This document shows, in pieces, positions 38,166 to 52,861 of a stretch of DNA of 64,000 bases. Position 1 is the stretch's first letter. Each line of letters starts with the position of its first letter. The notes below the pieces were generated by a model. That model did not search any database. It was not told the origin of the DNA and saw nothing but the letters and a program-made list of their open reading frames with translations. Position numbers and translations under genes: made by a program. The DNA comes from Octopus vulgaris. Lineage: Eukaryota. The DNA lies in contig OX597820.1 in assembly GCA_951406725.2 (NCBI GenBank), positions 35,836,001-35,900,000 on the forward strand. Direction: 5' to 3'.

Positions 38166-39221
38166 CACACACGTGAATGTGTGTGTATGTATATATGTAT
38201 ATATATGTGTGTGTGTGCGCACGCGTGCATGTATATATATCAATGCTTCTCTTTGTCTTCCACCCCTGCTTGGAAGCCGGTGCTGGTTTGTTTACGTTGC
38301 CGTAACTTAGCAGTTCAGCAAGAGACACTGATAGAATAAGTATCAGGCTTAAAGATAAATGGTAGAGTCAACTGTTCGACTAAACCCTTCAGGACGGTGC
38401 CCCAACATGGCTGCCATCCAAAATCTGAAACAAGTAAAAAGATAAAATATATAGTTGTCGCATACACTCTGTTTCTAAAATAGGAGTGGCCATGGATGGA
38501 AAGTCGTTTGATTAAAGTTCTGTTGGTTTAAGGACGTATCGAGATGAAATAGCAGTAAGAATAAGGAAACATTGAATAATGTAGTTTTATAATGTTTGGG
38601 GTAAAAGTTGGGATGGTCATGACAGGAACGTCTTTGTTCATAGTTCTGTGCACATTTGGGTTGACCGTTTAAACAACAACATTAACAACAGCTTTATTGT
38701 TACCACAACCACATCACCTCCACCGCCAGCACCACCACTACTACCATCACCACTTGCCACCATCACCACTAACACCTCCACCGCTAGCACCACCACGACC
38801 CCACTATCGCTACTACCACCACCGTCCCCGCCGCCGCCGCCATCACTGCAATAATACCATCACCGCAACACAACACTACCAGCACCACCATTAACACTAC
38901 CACCACTTCCACAACCATCACCACAACACCACTACAACTTCCACCTCTGCAGCAATACCTACCGCCATCACAGCAACAACTGCACTACAGCCCAAACAGT
39001 AGCAACAATAACAACACTATCACCACTACAACAACACTGCCACCATCTCCACCACCAACAACAACAACAACAGTTGTATTAACACCATCACTATCAGCAC
39101 CACTAACAGCACTTCTACCACAAACAACAACAGTAACAACAACAAGCATAAGCAAAATAGACAACATTAAGAAGCTGTACAGTTTTGGGGTGATGGTGTG
39201 TTTGTGTACGTATGTGTGTGT

Positions 39222-39258
<37 letters not shown>

Positions 39259-40166
39259 TGTCTCTGTGTGTGAGTGTGTGTGTGTGTGTATGTGTGTGTG
39301 TGTGTGTCTGTGTGTGTAGTTGAGGACATTTGTATTTGAATGTTCACGTGCACGTGTGTGTGTGAGTGTGTGTGTGTCTATAAGTTTGTGTGCGTATGTG
39401 TGTGCGTGTGTGTGTGTGTAGTTGAGAACACTTGTATTTGCATGTGCACGTGCACGTGTGTGTGTGTGAGTGTTTGTGTGTGTGCCTATAAGTCTGTGTG
39501 TGTACGTGTATGCGAGTCTACGCGTATGTGTACAAGTATGTGTGTACATGCGCAGTAAAATTGCATGAACATGCGTATGTGTACGTATGTTCCAGTCTTC
39601 GTGTGTGTGTGTGTGTGTGTCTGGGTCTGGGTCTGTAGGTATGCATGTCTGTACGTGTGCTTGAGTATTTGTGTGTGTGCGCATGTATGTGTGTTTGCGT
39701 GTGTGTGTGTGTATGTGTGTGTGTATGTGTGTGTCTATTTTGGCAAGTGTGTGGAGTGGAAAACAAAGCGATTAATTGTAAGTCTGAGAGAGAAAGAGAA
39801 AGAGAAAGAGAGAGGATGAGACAGGCAATCAGACAGACAGACAAAATGTTCTATGATTGGTGCGTCTCAAATTTCATGAATGAATCTACACTGAGCTATA
39901 ATTAACTATTTCAGTTGCTACACACAAATGGTTCATTCATTGCGTTTCTAATCTGGCCGAGCAACGACTGGTGAGTGTGATGGAATGATAGTAAAGAAAG
40001 GAGGGTGAGGAGAAGGAGGAGAAGGAGGAGAAGGAGTTGGGATGGAAGAGAGAGAGGGAGGAAATAAGGGGAAGAGAGACGTGGGAGCGGAAAAAATAGG
40101 AAAGAACGAATGCCAAAATCTCTCAATTACTCTCTTATCTATTTGTCCACTTGCCTCTTGGTTCAT

Positions 40167-40214
<48 letters not shown>

Positions 40215-40225
40215 CTATATCTACT

Positions 40226-40371
<146 letters not shown>

Positions 40372-40377
40372 TTATAC

Positions 40378-40459
<82 letters not shown>

Positions 40460-40565
40460 TTATGTATAGTAAATCCCTCCAAAAAACGTAGAACAAACAA
40501 ACAGTAACGCGGGTACATGGTTTATGCAAAGTATTAGCAGCCGCTCAGGGAAGGAAAGAAAGGTA

Positions 40566-40608
40566 GTTTGACTCGAGTTTCCGAGTGGTTACCCATCCTC
40601 AGCGTGTG
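40566..40608 (-). ncRNA. Hammerhead core lacking its own 3' stem I strand (chimeric)
   Basis: CACACG-CUGAGGA-UGGGU(AACC)ACUCG-GAA-ACUCGAGU-C then AAAC. Confidence 0.6.
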
Positions 40609-40622
40609 TTAATCACCAGCTA

Positions 40623-40682
<60 letters not shown>

Positions 40683-41085
40683 GCATACATACATAAACAA
40701 ACAATTAAATATACATATACATACATCTATATATGTGTGTGTGTGTGGTTATGTACGTATATATGTATGTAGCATGTATGTAAGTATGTATGTATATATG
40801 TACACATAAACATATACATACAAATATAAATAACATCTATTTAATGTATATATATGTATATATGAGTCATGTCTTATGCGGCCTAGTTCTGAAAAAAACG
40901 TTGCCCGTGCTATAGCATATCTGTGGGTTCACAGACTTAAAAAATATTTACTTCATCCCAATATCGTTGTAACCTGATAACTTGAATGCAGCAGAGCCCT
41001 AATCTAATATATGATCCTATATAACAGTGGATTCTTTACAGAAATTCAGTGAAACCAATTTTTGTGGGGAGCCTGTAATATAACT

Positions 41086-41341
41086 TTAACCCTTGAGCTT
41101 TCAGATTCTTCAATCAAACGAATATAATGCTTATTCACTTACAGCATTTTGAATTAATCATATATTTATCTAGTAGCTTCAGGATTATGACAACGTGATT
41201 GTTTATTTTTAGATCGACATTGTAGAGTAGGTGTGATAGGCCCGATCTGGCTGGTTTGAATATAAAACAAGCAGAATATATATAGATTTTTTTGTATTTA
41301 TTTTGTGGGTTAAGCTTTTTTTCCACACTAGTATGGGTTAA
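41086..41341. mobile_element. Possible TTAA-flanked (piggyBac-type) MITE, decayed
   Basis: Starts TTAACCC and ends GGGTTAA; the TIR is otherwise poorly preserved. Confidence 0.4.
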
Positions 41342-41718
41342 AGAAAATATTATTGATGCATTGTTTTACAGTTGGATGCCTTTCCTGTCACCTATCTTTC
41401 AAGTAAGGGATTTCTTATTAACACGTCTTTGAAGGCAGGAGTGAGTAGGTAATTTTGTTGACAGAAGTGACGATAACAATACTGCTGGTAGCTAGTGACC
41501 CTTGCAGAGCACAAATATAAGCAAACAGACACATTTATATATGTTTTCTTGTATTATTAATCTTGTGTATAGGAACCTAGATGAATTTGTCTAAACCACA
41601 ATTTGTCTAATTCTAGAGTACAGCAATTTTAAAACAATTTTGCTTACAACCCAATTCATCTAAAATATTTTTATAAAATATGATTCATGTAAAAATTGAA
41701 AGGAAATTATTTTATACA

Positions 41719-42160
41719 GAGGAGTGGTTTTGTAGTAAGAAGCTTGTTTCTTAACCACATGATTCCGGGTTTAGTCCCACTACATAGCACCTTGGGCAAG
41801 TGTCTTCTACTATAGCCTCAGGCCAACCAAAGCCTTGTAAGTGGATTTGGTAGGCGGAAACTGAAAGAAGCCCGTCATGTGTGTGTGTGTGTGTGTGTGT
41901 GTCTGTATGTCTGTATGTCTGTCAGTGTGTGTGTGTATGTATGTATGTATGTAATTGTGTGCCTGTGTTTGTCCCTCTACCATCGCTTGACAACCGATGT
42001 TGGTGTGTTTACGTCCCCGTAAATTATCGGTTCGGCATAAAAGACCGATAGAATAAGTACTAGGCTTACAAAAAAATAAGTTCTGGGGTCGATTTGTTCG
42101 ACTAAAGGCGGTGCTCCAGCATGGCTGCAGTTAATTTTAGTAAAATAATAAAGTAAAAGA
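41719..42160 (+). mobile_element. SINE family A
   Basis: Direct match to the family. Confidence 0.9.
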
Positions 42161-42169
42161 ATTATATAC

Positions 42170-42207
<38 letters not shown>

Positions 42208-42280
42208 CTGGGTCTGTTGGTATGCATGTCTGACTGTACCTGTGCTTGAGTATTTGTGTGTGTGCGCATGTACGTGTGTT

Positions 42281-42317
<37 letters not shown>

Positions 42318-42595
42318 ATTTATTACATCTACGATATACATGACAATGTTATGTGTGTATGTGTGTAGATATATCACGGAAAGGCTCCGAAACGGTGTGT
42401 TTTCGAGCAAAGTGGAATTGACTCTCGAAATCTGTGTCCCAGCGATAAGGTTTTCGGCAATAATTAATCAAAAAATTTATAGCTTGCTACGAGAAATAAC
42501 TCAAGTTTTAGATCGCCAAATCTACCAATTTCTATATGTCTCTGGCCCTCTGTATCTCCCATCTCTATATACATTTACCACACTTTTTATTCCAT

Positions 42596-42667
<72 letters not shown>

Positions 42668-43361
42668 TCTTTTTTTCTGTATATGTATATCCCTCACACA
42701 TGTTGCACCCCATCCTTATCTTGCTCAGACGTGTAATTGGATTCATTTTGTTTAAAATTTTGTCATTGTGTTTCACTTTCATTTTGTGATCGATAGCTAT
42801 CACGCAGACATTACGTTTCCTACACGAAAATGCTTGACGCGTGGGGCCAGAGGCCCTAATATCTCTAGGAAATGCAGAAGTAGGATGGACACGATATCCT
42901 ATGTCAGCGAACAATGTCCAGGTCTGGAAAAACCTGAGACTGGCCAGACACAATACATTTTGTAGTTTAGTCGTGAAGGAAACCATCATTCATGGCTGAG
43001 AGGTTGGGTAGTAACCGGCCTACAGGATTACTTAGTAACTTCTATGCTGGAGTGAGAAAGCATATTCTTTGTGTACCTCCTCAACTTCTTGGAGATTTTA
43101 GGTATAATTATACTAATGTGTCTATCTGTTCTAATTTTATTAAATTCTCTGTCTTTGTGCAGCTGAAGATTGCTCTGCATTTTAAATTGATGTAATGATT
43201 GCATTGTTCAATTAAATGGAGTTGCATGAAACGATCGTACTGCATTACCTCTGGATATCCTTGTTGTTTATTTTGATTTTAATCACCTTACTTTGAAATT
43301 GTATGCATAATACCGCACTAAATTCTGGTGCTTCAACTTAAGTACCATATTCATCTAAACC

Positions 43362-43402
<41 letters not shown>

Positions 43403-43565
43403 ATGCGTGTGGGTCTGCACGTTTGGATATATAGATAGATGATGTAGAGTAGATATGATTATATTGAAGTTTGACTTTGAAGTTTTACGCTGTGTAGCTT
43501 ATTCAAGTTAATGAAAAATTCACACAAACACAGGGATAGGTAGATATATAGTCAGTCAGTCAGTC

Positions 43566-43668
<103 letters not shown>

Positions 43669-43681
43669 CAGATAGACAGAC

Positions 43682-43778
<97 letters not shown>

Positions 43779-44013
43779 TGCATACACATACAAAGAAATG
43801 TATTTATTCTATGCCGTAAATAGAATTACAATGGAGTCTGGCTGAAGGTCAGAAGGCAATCAGAGATCAATATCATCTATTTATTCCGCTATTCAATACA
43901 TCTCGTGCCTGGAGTTATGACTTCATTGCGTAAAAATTAGCTTAGGCTTTCAATGTGTGGATATAAACCGAACAAAGATGACATTACAATTACTGTATGG
44001 TATCATATTATAC

Positions 44014-44083
44014 TTCCTCCGTAGGATGTGAACTTGCGACCTTCGGACTAAAAGTCTAATAGTCTAATGCTGAGCTATTTGGA
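44014..44083 (-). pseudogene. tRNA-Lys(TTT)-like pseudogene or SINE head
   Basis: Minus: TAGCTCAG...TTAGA-CTTTTAG-TCCGA-AGGTC-GCAAG-TTCACAT-CCTAC. Stems are mismatched, so it is not a functional tRNA. Confidence 0.5.
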
Positions 44084-44499
44084 CAAGTAACCTAAAGGTT
44101 TAAGTAGGCGCGATATATGTCCTGCTGATTTGTCTTGTTATTTTGGTACTTGTAGATTACATATTTTCAGTAAACTTTTATAAGAGAAATGTTCACAGTA
44201 ACTTCGAAGTTTGTGCTTGCTCGTCTTTGTTATATATGTATATAGGCGCAGCCGTAGCTGTGTGGTAAGAAGCTTACTTTCTGACCAAATTGCTTCGGGT
44301 TCAGACCCACTGCGTGGTATCTTAGGCAAGTGTCTTCTCCTATAGCCTGGAGAAAAATACATGGTTCTAACAGGGGAGACAACATCCCCTCAGCAGGCGA
44401 GAGCATCAGATTGGCACGCCAATTTTGCATGAAATTAATGCTCATCAATGATGCTACTCCATTGCTGGGGGTGAAGCTGAATTCCACTTCTCAGTATTT

Positions 44500-44970
44500 A
44501 TAGAGTTTACTCTTGTTCCTAGCAATGATATTGCTGTCCTACTCTTAGCCACTTTTAATTACGGTGAATTTTTTCCTCTTTAGTCTTAAATTGTGCCTAG
44601 CTACTTTAATTATTTTATAATTTTCACATTACCATTTTGCTGAATGAGTTATTGATTCCTATGGTAAAGACTCGTTCTTAGGATTCTTGCAGAATATATG
44701 CAGTTAATTTCTTGCAGGACAACAATGCGAGTTTCAATTCCAATCTTCTGTCTTTTAAGTGGTATTTTGGGTGCTGTACCAAGTGCAAAGGTACTACAGA
44801 AATAATTTTTCTGTTGGTCTTCTATAGTCTCCTCAACTCCCTGGCTAGATCCTGATACTTCTCAACTTTTCCTCTTCTTTGGTATCGACTCGGATTCCAG
44901 AGGGAATAACAGAATCTATGATCTTGCTTCACTCGTGGTTCATGCTTCAAATGTATTCAACAGCTGTTTC
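44500..44970 (-). pseudogene. Decayed CR1/L2-like LINE ORF2 C-terminal fragment
   Basis: Minus-strand RFCYSLWNP resembles the EYCSPxWxP motif; many stops. Confidence 0.45.
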
Positions 44971-45706
44971 ATTAAGATTAAACAAAATTAATTGCATAAT
45001 TACTTAATCATGACATAATCTAAATTAAATTAATTTAAAAGCTTAGAAATAATTTTCTGATTAACTTAACACAACATTCTTGATGATTTGAGTAAACAGC
45101 TTTTAGTTTAATTTAATTAATCGTGTATCAAAATTATGTAATTATACATAATGAATGAACTATATATGAAATTCATGTTTTTATGGTTTTGTGCTAAATA
45201 TGTCGCTCTAAAAGATCATTTTAACTGATTATATATATACTGCATTGTTTATTGAACAACGCAATATGTTACTTAAACAGTGTTTAACAAACGTGTAAAC
45301 TTTAAGTGTTAGATTTTAACGATCTCTTATTAAATGAGCTAATTGCTGTGGATTTATTTTCTGAAGTCTCTATATCAATTCTCTGTATAGATACATGCAT
45401 GAGTATGCTTATTTAACCGTGAAGCTACACAAATGACCCAAGGGTCGAGGGTTTCGTCAGTATCACGCATCAAACTCATGAATGCCAAACACGAAACTTT
45501 TGGCCGTTAAGACGCTTTGTAACTTTATGCTGATTTAAAAAATTATGCATATATAGGTGAAGGTATGTGTGTGCATATCATTATTCAGTTTTATTCCAAG
45601 ATTTTTTTGCCAATAAAGAAAGAGTCAGTTTCTAATCTAGATCCAAAGTTCCTTCATTAAAATTTCAACATGAACAGGGTTTTCTTGTATGTTGGTATGT
45701 ATGTAC

Positions 45707-45737
<31 letters not shown>

Positions 45738-46149
45738 TGTATGTATGTATGTATGTATGTATACGTGCAGATGTGCATGTTTTGTTTTATGTATGTATTC
45801 TCTTGCATATCTAGGCATGCTCATGTATGTATGTATGCATGCATGCATGTATGTATTATGTATGTGTGCATGCATGTATGTATGTATGTATGTATGTATG
45901 TATGTATGTATGTATGTATGTATGTATGTGTGTATGTATGTATATGATCCTGTGCATTTATAAGAATGACTGTGTAGAAACTGTCAGTTGCTATGCGTCT
46001 AAATAAATATCTTCAGTTCAATACCAACTACTGAAGTGAACAGTCAATGTTCCACCAGTTAACTTGGGTGGAATATCCTCTATTTTCCCTCTGACACGTA
46101 TGTTAGCTGTATTGTTCCCTGGTCGCCAGAGCAATAGCCAGGGTCCGCT

Positions 46150-47240
46150 CCAGCAAGCAATATGCTTGCTAGAAAATGGTATGGGTTAGAGTCAATAAAA
46201 TCTTGGAAGGCCTGTTTTACAGAATCGTCGGAATTAAAATTTTTTACTTATCAAAAAGTTATCCAAACTCTAGAAGTGGTAGTCAGTGAGGCCAAAATCA
46301 GGTGAGTATGGGGGATGATGGAGAACTTCCAACTCCAACTCCTGTAGTTTCGCCAATGTCATTTTTGCGATATGTGGTCTGGCGTTGTCTTGCAATAAAA
46401 TAGGTGTGAATCTGTTGACTAATCTTGGCTGGGGTTTTTTTTGTAAGTTTCTGCATCATTTGGTCCAGTTGGCTGCAGTATACTTTAGCCGTGATTGATG
46501 AGCCAGGTTTAAGGAAATCATAATGGATCACACCTGCGCCAGACCACCAAATACACACCATCAGCTTCTTTTGATGAATTTTGCTTTTTGGACTCGGTTT
46601 TGGTGCTTCGTCTTTGTCCAACAATTGTGTTGAACGTTTACGGTTGTTGTATTGGATCCAATTCTCATCACATATGACAATTCGATTCAAAAATGATTAA
46701 TTTTTTGACGAGAAAGTAGCATAATGCAGGTTTCCAAACGTTGCTGTTTCTGATTTTCATTGAGGTCATGTAGAACCAACTTATCCAACTTTTTCCTTTT
46801 ACCGATTTGAACTGGGTGAGTCTTTATTGTTTGCTTGCTAATACCAAACAACAACGATGATTCACGGACACTTTGAGATGGATCTGACTCGAAGGTGGCT
46901 TTCAGTTCGTCATTATCCACTTTTGTTTCTGGTTGACCACGTTGCTCATATGTGAAGTCAAAGTTACCAGAACGAAATTTTACTGTCTGTTGTTTAATAA
47001 CATTACAATGAAATACTCCATTAATATTTTGAGCTGTCTGTGGTGCTGTATTTTCAAGAAAGAACTCATATTTCAAAACTACGAATTTCCGACAAATCCA
47101 TCCCTAAACAAAAATAGCAAAAAACGATTTATAAATACTTTATAAAGCGCAAAATGAGTTAGAATAAAGAAATAGATGTGTCAGCTTTCTAACAAAAAAT
47201 GAAGATTGTCAAAATATAATAATGGCGCAAAATGAGCAGC
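46150..47240 (-). pseudogene. Decayed mariner (DD34D) transposase
   Basis: NRIVICDENWIQYNN, KLMVCIWW, and LQD-NARPH...HPPYSPDFGLT-DYHF with 34 residues between the aspartates. Frameshifted; TIRs not found. Confidence 0.9.
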
Positions 47241-47414
47241 TGTCAAAGTCTATCATATATACATTGTGTAGTATGTAGCTTGCTTACGAACCACATGGTT
47301 CCGGGTTCAGTCCCACTGCGTGGCATGTCGGGCAAGTGTCTTCTACTATAGCCTCGGGCCGACCAAAGCGCTTTGGAGTGGATTTGGTAGACGGAAACTG
47401 AAATAAGCCCGTCG

Positions 47415-47476
<62 letters not shown>

Positions 47477-47551
47477 ATTAGTAGAACTATACACATGTTC
47501 AATCTCATGCGGACGTCCTGTGTATAGTTCTGCAAATTATATTTTGCCATG

Positions 47552-47628
47552 ATGATCACACTGAGGAGTTGCGGACATCTACGTAACTGATTACGTAAGT
47601 GGTAACAACGAAATTGGTTTGTGATTAT
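47552..47628 (+). ncRNA. Type I hammerhead ribozyme motif with fully canonical core
   Basis: AUGAUCACA-CUGAGGA-GUUG...CAAC-GAA-AUUGGU-U-UGUGAUUAU. Stem I is 9 bp; inner stem II hairpin UACGUAA(CUGA)UUACGUA. Confidence 0.8.
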
Positions 47629-48033
47629 TCTGTATATTTTATATCTCTTCACTTGTCTTGCTCGCTTACATCCTGGCGTTTGCTAAACTTTCTTAAGAAC
47701 ATTACTTTCTTAGTGGTAAGACCATAGGGGGTCGACTTCCACTTAGTGGTCATCCCTCTTATATGTATGTAATATAATTTTTCTGAATCTCCAGATTTTT
47801 CTATATACTAGACCATTGGTTTTAAATTGATATGAATCAAATTAATATTCAATTTTTCACCCTTATTATTTTAATATATATATATATATATATATATAAC
47901 TAGACTTACAAAGAATAAGTCCTGGGGTCAATTTGTTCGACTAAAGATGGTGCTCCAGCATGGCTGCAATCAAATGACTGAAACAAATAAAAGAATAAAA
48001 GAATAAATAAACACGCACACATACACAGATTTG

Positions 48034-48350
<317 letters not shown>

Positions 48351-48786
48351 AATCTATGTAGATAATCCAAGCTGTATCCTTTTGAAGCACATCTGATTAT
48401 TTCAGTACTCCAAAGTCGTACGGAGATGTTATATTTGCGTGAGATATGCATAAGAGTAGAAAAATACTGGGAAATTTATTTTGCTGAGTAAATTACACGT
48501 CAAGACAGGAGAATGGAAAATTTTTTGGTATTAGTTACTCACCATTACACGTGTTTCATTGGCTAATAGGTGTTACAAAAGTGTGCATCTAGTAGAAAAT
48601 ATGTAAGTGGTCTCTTATTAGAAATTCTTTCGACAGACAAGCAAATAAAACGAAATATACATTTGGGTGAAGCCTTTATAAATAGTTAGTAATCAGAAGC
48701 CTTGTAGATAGTTGGAGGAGAGAATAAAGAACAAAAGCTAGCTATATAGAAAACAGAGAGTTAGAGACTGATTATATATGTATGTA

Positions 48787-48824
<38 letters not shown>

Positions 48825-49019
48825 CTTTGTATATGTGTGTATGTATATGTGTGTTTTGTACCAATACCAAAACAACAGCTGTGTGGCTTCATTAAATTGT
48901 GTTAATTAGAAACACCATTAATAAACAGCATCAAATATTCATGACACGACGATAGTCGACATAAAAAAAATGTTGTTACTTCTGTTGTTGCTGTTACCAT
49001 TATTGCAGCTTTTCTACTG

Positions 49020-49193
49020 CTGTCGTTGTTGATGTTGTTGTTGCTGCTGCTGCTGCTGATGATGATGATGATCTTGTTTTTTTTATTACTGATGCTGTTG
49101 TTGTTGCGTTGTTGTTGTTGTTGTTGTTGTTGTTGCTGGTGGTGGTGGTGGTGGTGGTTGTGGTGGTGGTCTTGTTGTTGGTGGTCTTGTAAG

Positions 49194-49224
<31 letters not shown>

Positions 49225-49612
49225 GGTGGTGGCAATAGCGGTTTTGTGTGTTATTGTTGCTGTTGGTGGTGGTGACGTTGGTGCTGGTGTTGGTGGTAGT
49301 CTTGGTTGTGATGATGATGATGATGATGGAGGTGTGGGTGGTGTAGGGTTGGAGTGGATGGTGGGGGGTTAGTGATATTTTATTGTTGTAATTGCTGTTG
49401 TTGTTGTTGGTGGTGGTGGTGGTGGTGGTGGTGGTGGTGGTGGTGGTGGTGGTGGTGGTGGTGGTGGTGGTGGTGGTGGTGATGGTTGTGGTGGTTGTGG
49501 GAATGATGGATTGGTGGGGTTGGGGGTCGTCGTCGTCTTGGTGATGTTTTATTGCTACCGTTATTGTTATCGTTGTTGTTATTGATGTTGTTGTTGTTGT
49601 TGATGGTGGTGG

Positions 49613-49643
<31 letters not shown>

Positions 49644-49678
49644 GCTGGTGGTGTTGGTGCTGGTGCTGGTGCTGGTGC

Positions 49679-49709
<31 letters not shown>

Positions 49710-50412
49710 GGTGGTGGTGGTGGTGGTGGTCTTCTTGTCGGTGGTGGTGATGTTGGTGGTGTTGCACTTGTCTAGCATTTAGTAAACAAATGTGAAATTT
49801 GTTTATGTGCGACATGTCATGTGTATACGTCTGTGGGTAGGGCAGGAAGGGTATCTGTGCGCGTGTGTGTGTGTTTGTGTGTTTGTGTTTTGGAATATAT
49901 ATCCGGTATGGATATATATCGGGTATGGAGGGTAAGGTTTAAGTAGGACTTATAGATGATTATTATTGTTGGTGGTGATGGTGGTGTTAACGCTGTTGTT
50001 CTGTTTAATGACATGATGTTGATGATGATTACGACTACGACAACGAGGAGGATAGTGGTGGTGGTTGTTTTGGTGATGATGACGATGGTGATGGAAGTGG
50101 TGGAAGCGGTGGAGGTGATGGTGGTGGTGGTGGTGGTCGTCGTCGTCGTCGTGTCGGTGGTAATGGTAACAATAGTAGTAGTGGTGGTCTGGGTGATGGT
50201 GATGATGGAGGCGATGAAAGTGATGGTTGTGGTGGTGGTGGTGGTGGTGGTGGATTCGGTGGTAATAGTAACAATAGTGGTAGTGGTGGTCTTGGTGATG
50301 ATGATGGAGGTGATAAAAGTGGTGATGGTGGTGGTGGTGGTGGTGGTGGTGGTTATGGTGATGATGATGATGATGATGATGGTGGTGGTAGTGATGATGA
50401 TGATGATGATGA
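49020..50412. repeat. Cryptic (GGT/GTT/GAT)n trinucleotide arrays
   Basis: Directly visible, with internal duplication around 50130-50330. Confidence 0.9.
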
Positions 50413-50826
50413 TACAGACCTTCATAGAAATTGTTGGTCTATTTTATCTCTCTGTTTTCTCAATGAATGTTTTCCAAAATTCCTTATCAAATATAAATGA
50501 AATTAACTATTTTTAGTTGAACTCAACAGAAACGATAAATTGATGTGCTTTCTCTCTCCTCTCCTTTCCTCTCTCTCATCTATCTCCACTCTCTCTCACT
50601 TTCTCTCCTCCCTCCAACTCACTTTCTTTCCTTCTTTCCTTCACCTTCTCACTGTAACTTTCTAGATTATTATACTGTCTTACTTTGTCTCTTTCTTTCT
50701 TTCTTTCTTTCATTTAACTGTTCTTTATTTCCTGTTTTGCTTATTTCCTTCAATATTTATCCTTTCATTTTGATTATGCATAAATAGACACAATACACAC
50801 ACACACACACGTGCACACACACGTGT

Positions 50827-50860
<34 letters not shown>

Positions 50861-51029
50861 AGAGCACACATATACACACACACGCACGCGCACAAACACA
50901 CGCTTACGCACATGCACACACATACATATCTAAAGACACCTACAAAAACTAAATATCTTGATTATAGATAATGGCCGCAGTCAACTGACTGAAACAAGTA
51001 AAAGAGTAAAAGAATATATGTATATATAA

Positions 51030-51338
51030 CCATGGGATTGCACCTAGAAAGTTACCTTTCCAGGCACAAGTCCGGGCAAGGTTGTTTATGGAAGACCAGC
51101 AGTCACCCATGCATACTGGCCTCCCCTCTCCATCCCACCAGTGTTATCCAAGGGAAAGGCAAAGGGACCGATACAGTTTGGCACCTGTGACGTCGCTACT
51201 CATTTCTACAGCTGAGTGAACTGGAGCAACGTGAAATAAAGTGTCTTGCTCAAGAACACAACACGCAGCCCGGTCTGGGATTCGATCTCACAACCTCACG
51301 ATCGTAAGCTCGATGCTCTAATCACTGAGCGATGCGCC
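51030..51338 (-). mobile_element. SINE family D, tail variant 3
   Basis: Minus head GGCGCATCGCTCAGTGATTAGAGCATCGAGCTTACGATCG (ACG anticodon-like, tRNA-Arg), CORE-like segment and a different 3' half. Confidence 0.8.
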
Positions 51339-51350
51339 TATATATATATA

Positions 51351-52265
51351 TGAGGTGGTATCAAAAGGATCCCGGGATAGTTATGTTTATTTTTAAAATG
51401 ATTTATTTATCTAAATCTTAACATCAACTCCCTCGAAATAGTCACCTTGCGCAGCAATACGCCGGTCTCAGCATTTCTGCCGCTTTTAGAATTCAGTTTG
51501 GAAGTTGTTTTCCATAAGCGAGTCGAGGAACTTCTGCGGTTTGCTCTGGACTAGGAGAACGGCGTTAAAACGGCGACCTTTCAGCTGCATTATCGTCTTT
51601 GAGAAGAGATAGACGTCCACGGGTGTTAAATTTAGTGAATAGGGCGTGTGCGAAGCTATACCATGTTATTTTGGGCGAGAAACTCACAAGTGAGGAGAGC
51701 TCAGTGACAGGGTGCATCATTGTCGTGAAGAATCCAATACTTCGCACTTTACAGATTCGATCGCTTTCGCCGTATTTCCTCCCTCAAACGCTTCAAAACA
51801 TCGCTGTAGAATTCTCGATTGACGGTCTGGTCTTAGAGGACGAATTCTCGATGCTCAATATCACATTGTCAGGGGTGACGCTCGTGGTAGGACTTCCAGA
51901 TCGCTAATCGTCTTCCAGGGAAGCTCTTCCACATTTGAAGTGCCCGTGCCACTCGAAACATCGCGTACAACTCATTGCCTTGTCGCTGTAAGCTTGCTGA
52001 ATCATACTCAATGTCTCTGTAGCAGACTTCCCAAGTTTAACGCAAAAAATTTTCACCTTGGCTCTTTGTTCCTCTCCATGACAAAATCGCAGACTACATC
52101 ATACACGCGATCACAAGAACACAAATCTTACAACTTGCGAAGTAAACACTACTCGGCACAGTGTTTCACGAAGGTCACTGCTTGCTCTCACTGCTCACGT
52201 AACCGTATGCTACCATCTGTTGGAGCGCCCCACAACTAGTCCGGGAATTTTTTTATACCACTTTA
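51351..52265 (-). mobile_element. Internally deleted mariner transposon with both TIRs
   Basis: About 32 bp TIRs (24/32 match) with TA flanks. Minus-strand WILHDNDAP and MQLKGRRF motifs. Confidence 0.85.
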
Positions 52266-52766
52266 TATATATTTGATCTTTTCTTTTTACTTCTTTCAGT
52301 CATTAACTTGCAGCCATGCTGAGTTAGTGTCTGTGTGTGAGTGAGTGAGTGAGTGAGTGAGTGAGTGAGCGAGAGATACGTAGATACATAGTTTCTTTGA
52401 TTTATTGCATCATGTGTGTGTGTGTGTGTGTACTTTTCTCTGGCCTATCTTCTCCTTTCTTTTTTTCCCTCCTCTCTGGATGACTCTTCTATCCGACGAG
52501 GAGCCATGCACGAAATGTCTTTTCAACTCCTATTTTCCCATCTAAAATTTTAACTGAGCGCCAATCATAATATATTCATTGTGTTTGTCGAATTGGCCCT
52601 GTTGACAGAAACTATATAAACATGTGTATGCATGTATATATATATGCGTGTGTATGTGTGTGTGTGCGCGCGCGTGTGTATGTATACATATGCATGCACA
52701 CATATGTATATATACATACAAACACACACACGCACGCGCACGCACGCACACACACACACACACACA

Positions 52767-52858
<92 letters not shown>

Positions 52859-52861
<3 letters not shown>

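Noticed and set aside
49817-50425. Thr-rich mucin-like ORF (also 35375-35998 and 38648-38894)
   Set aside because: Cryptic triplet repeats open in several frames, with no splice or domain evidence.
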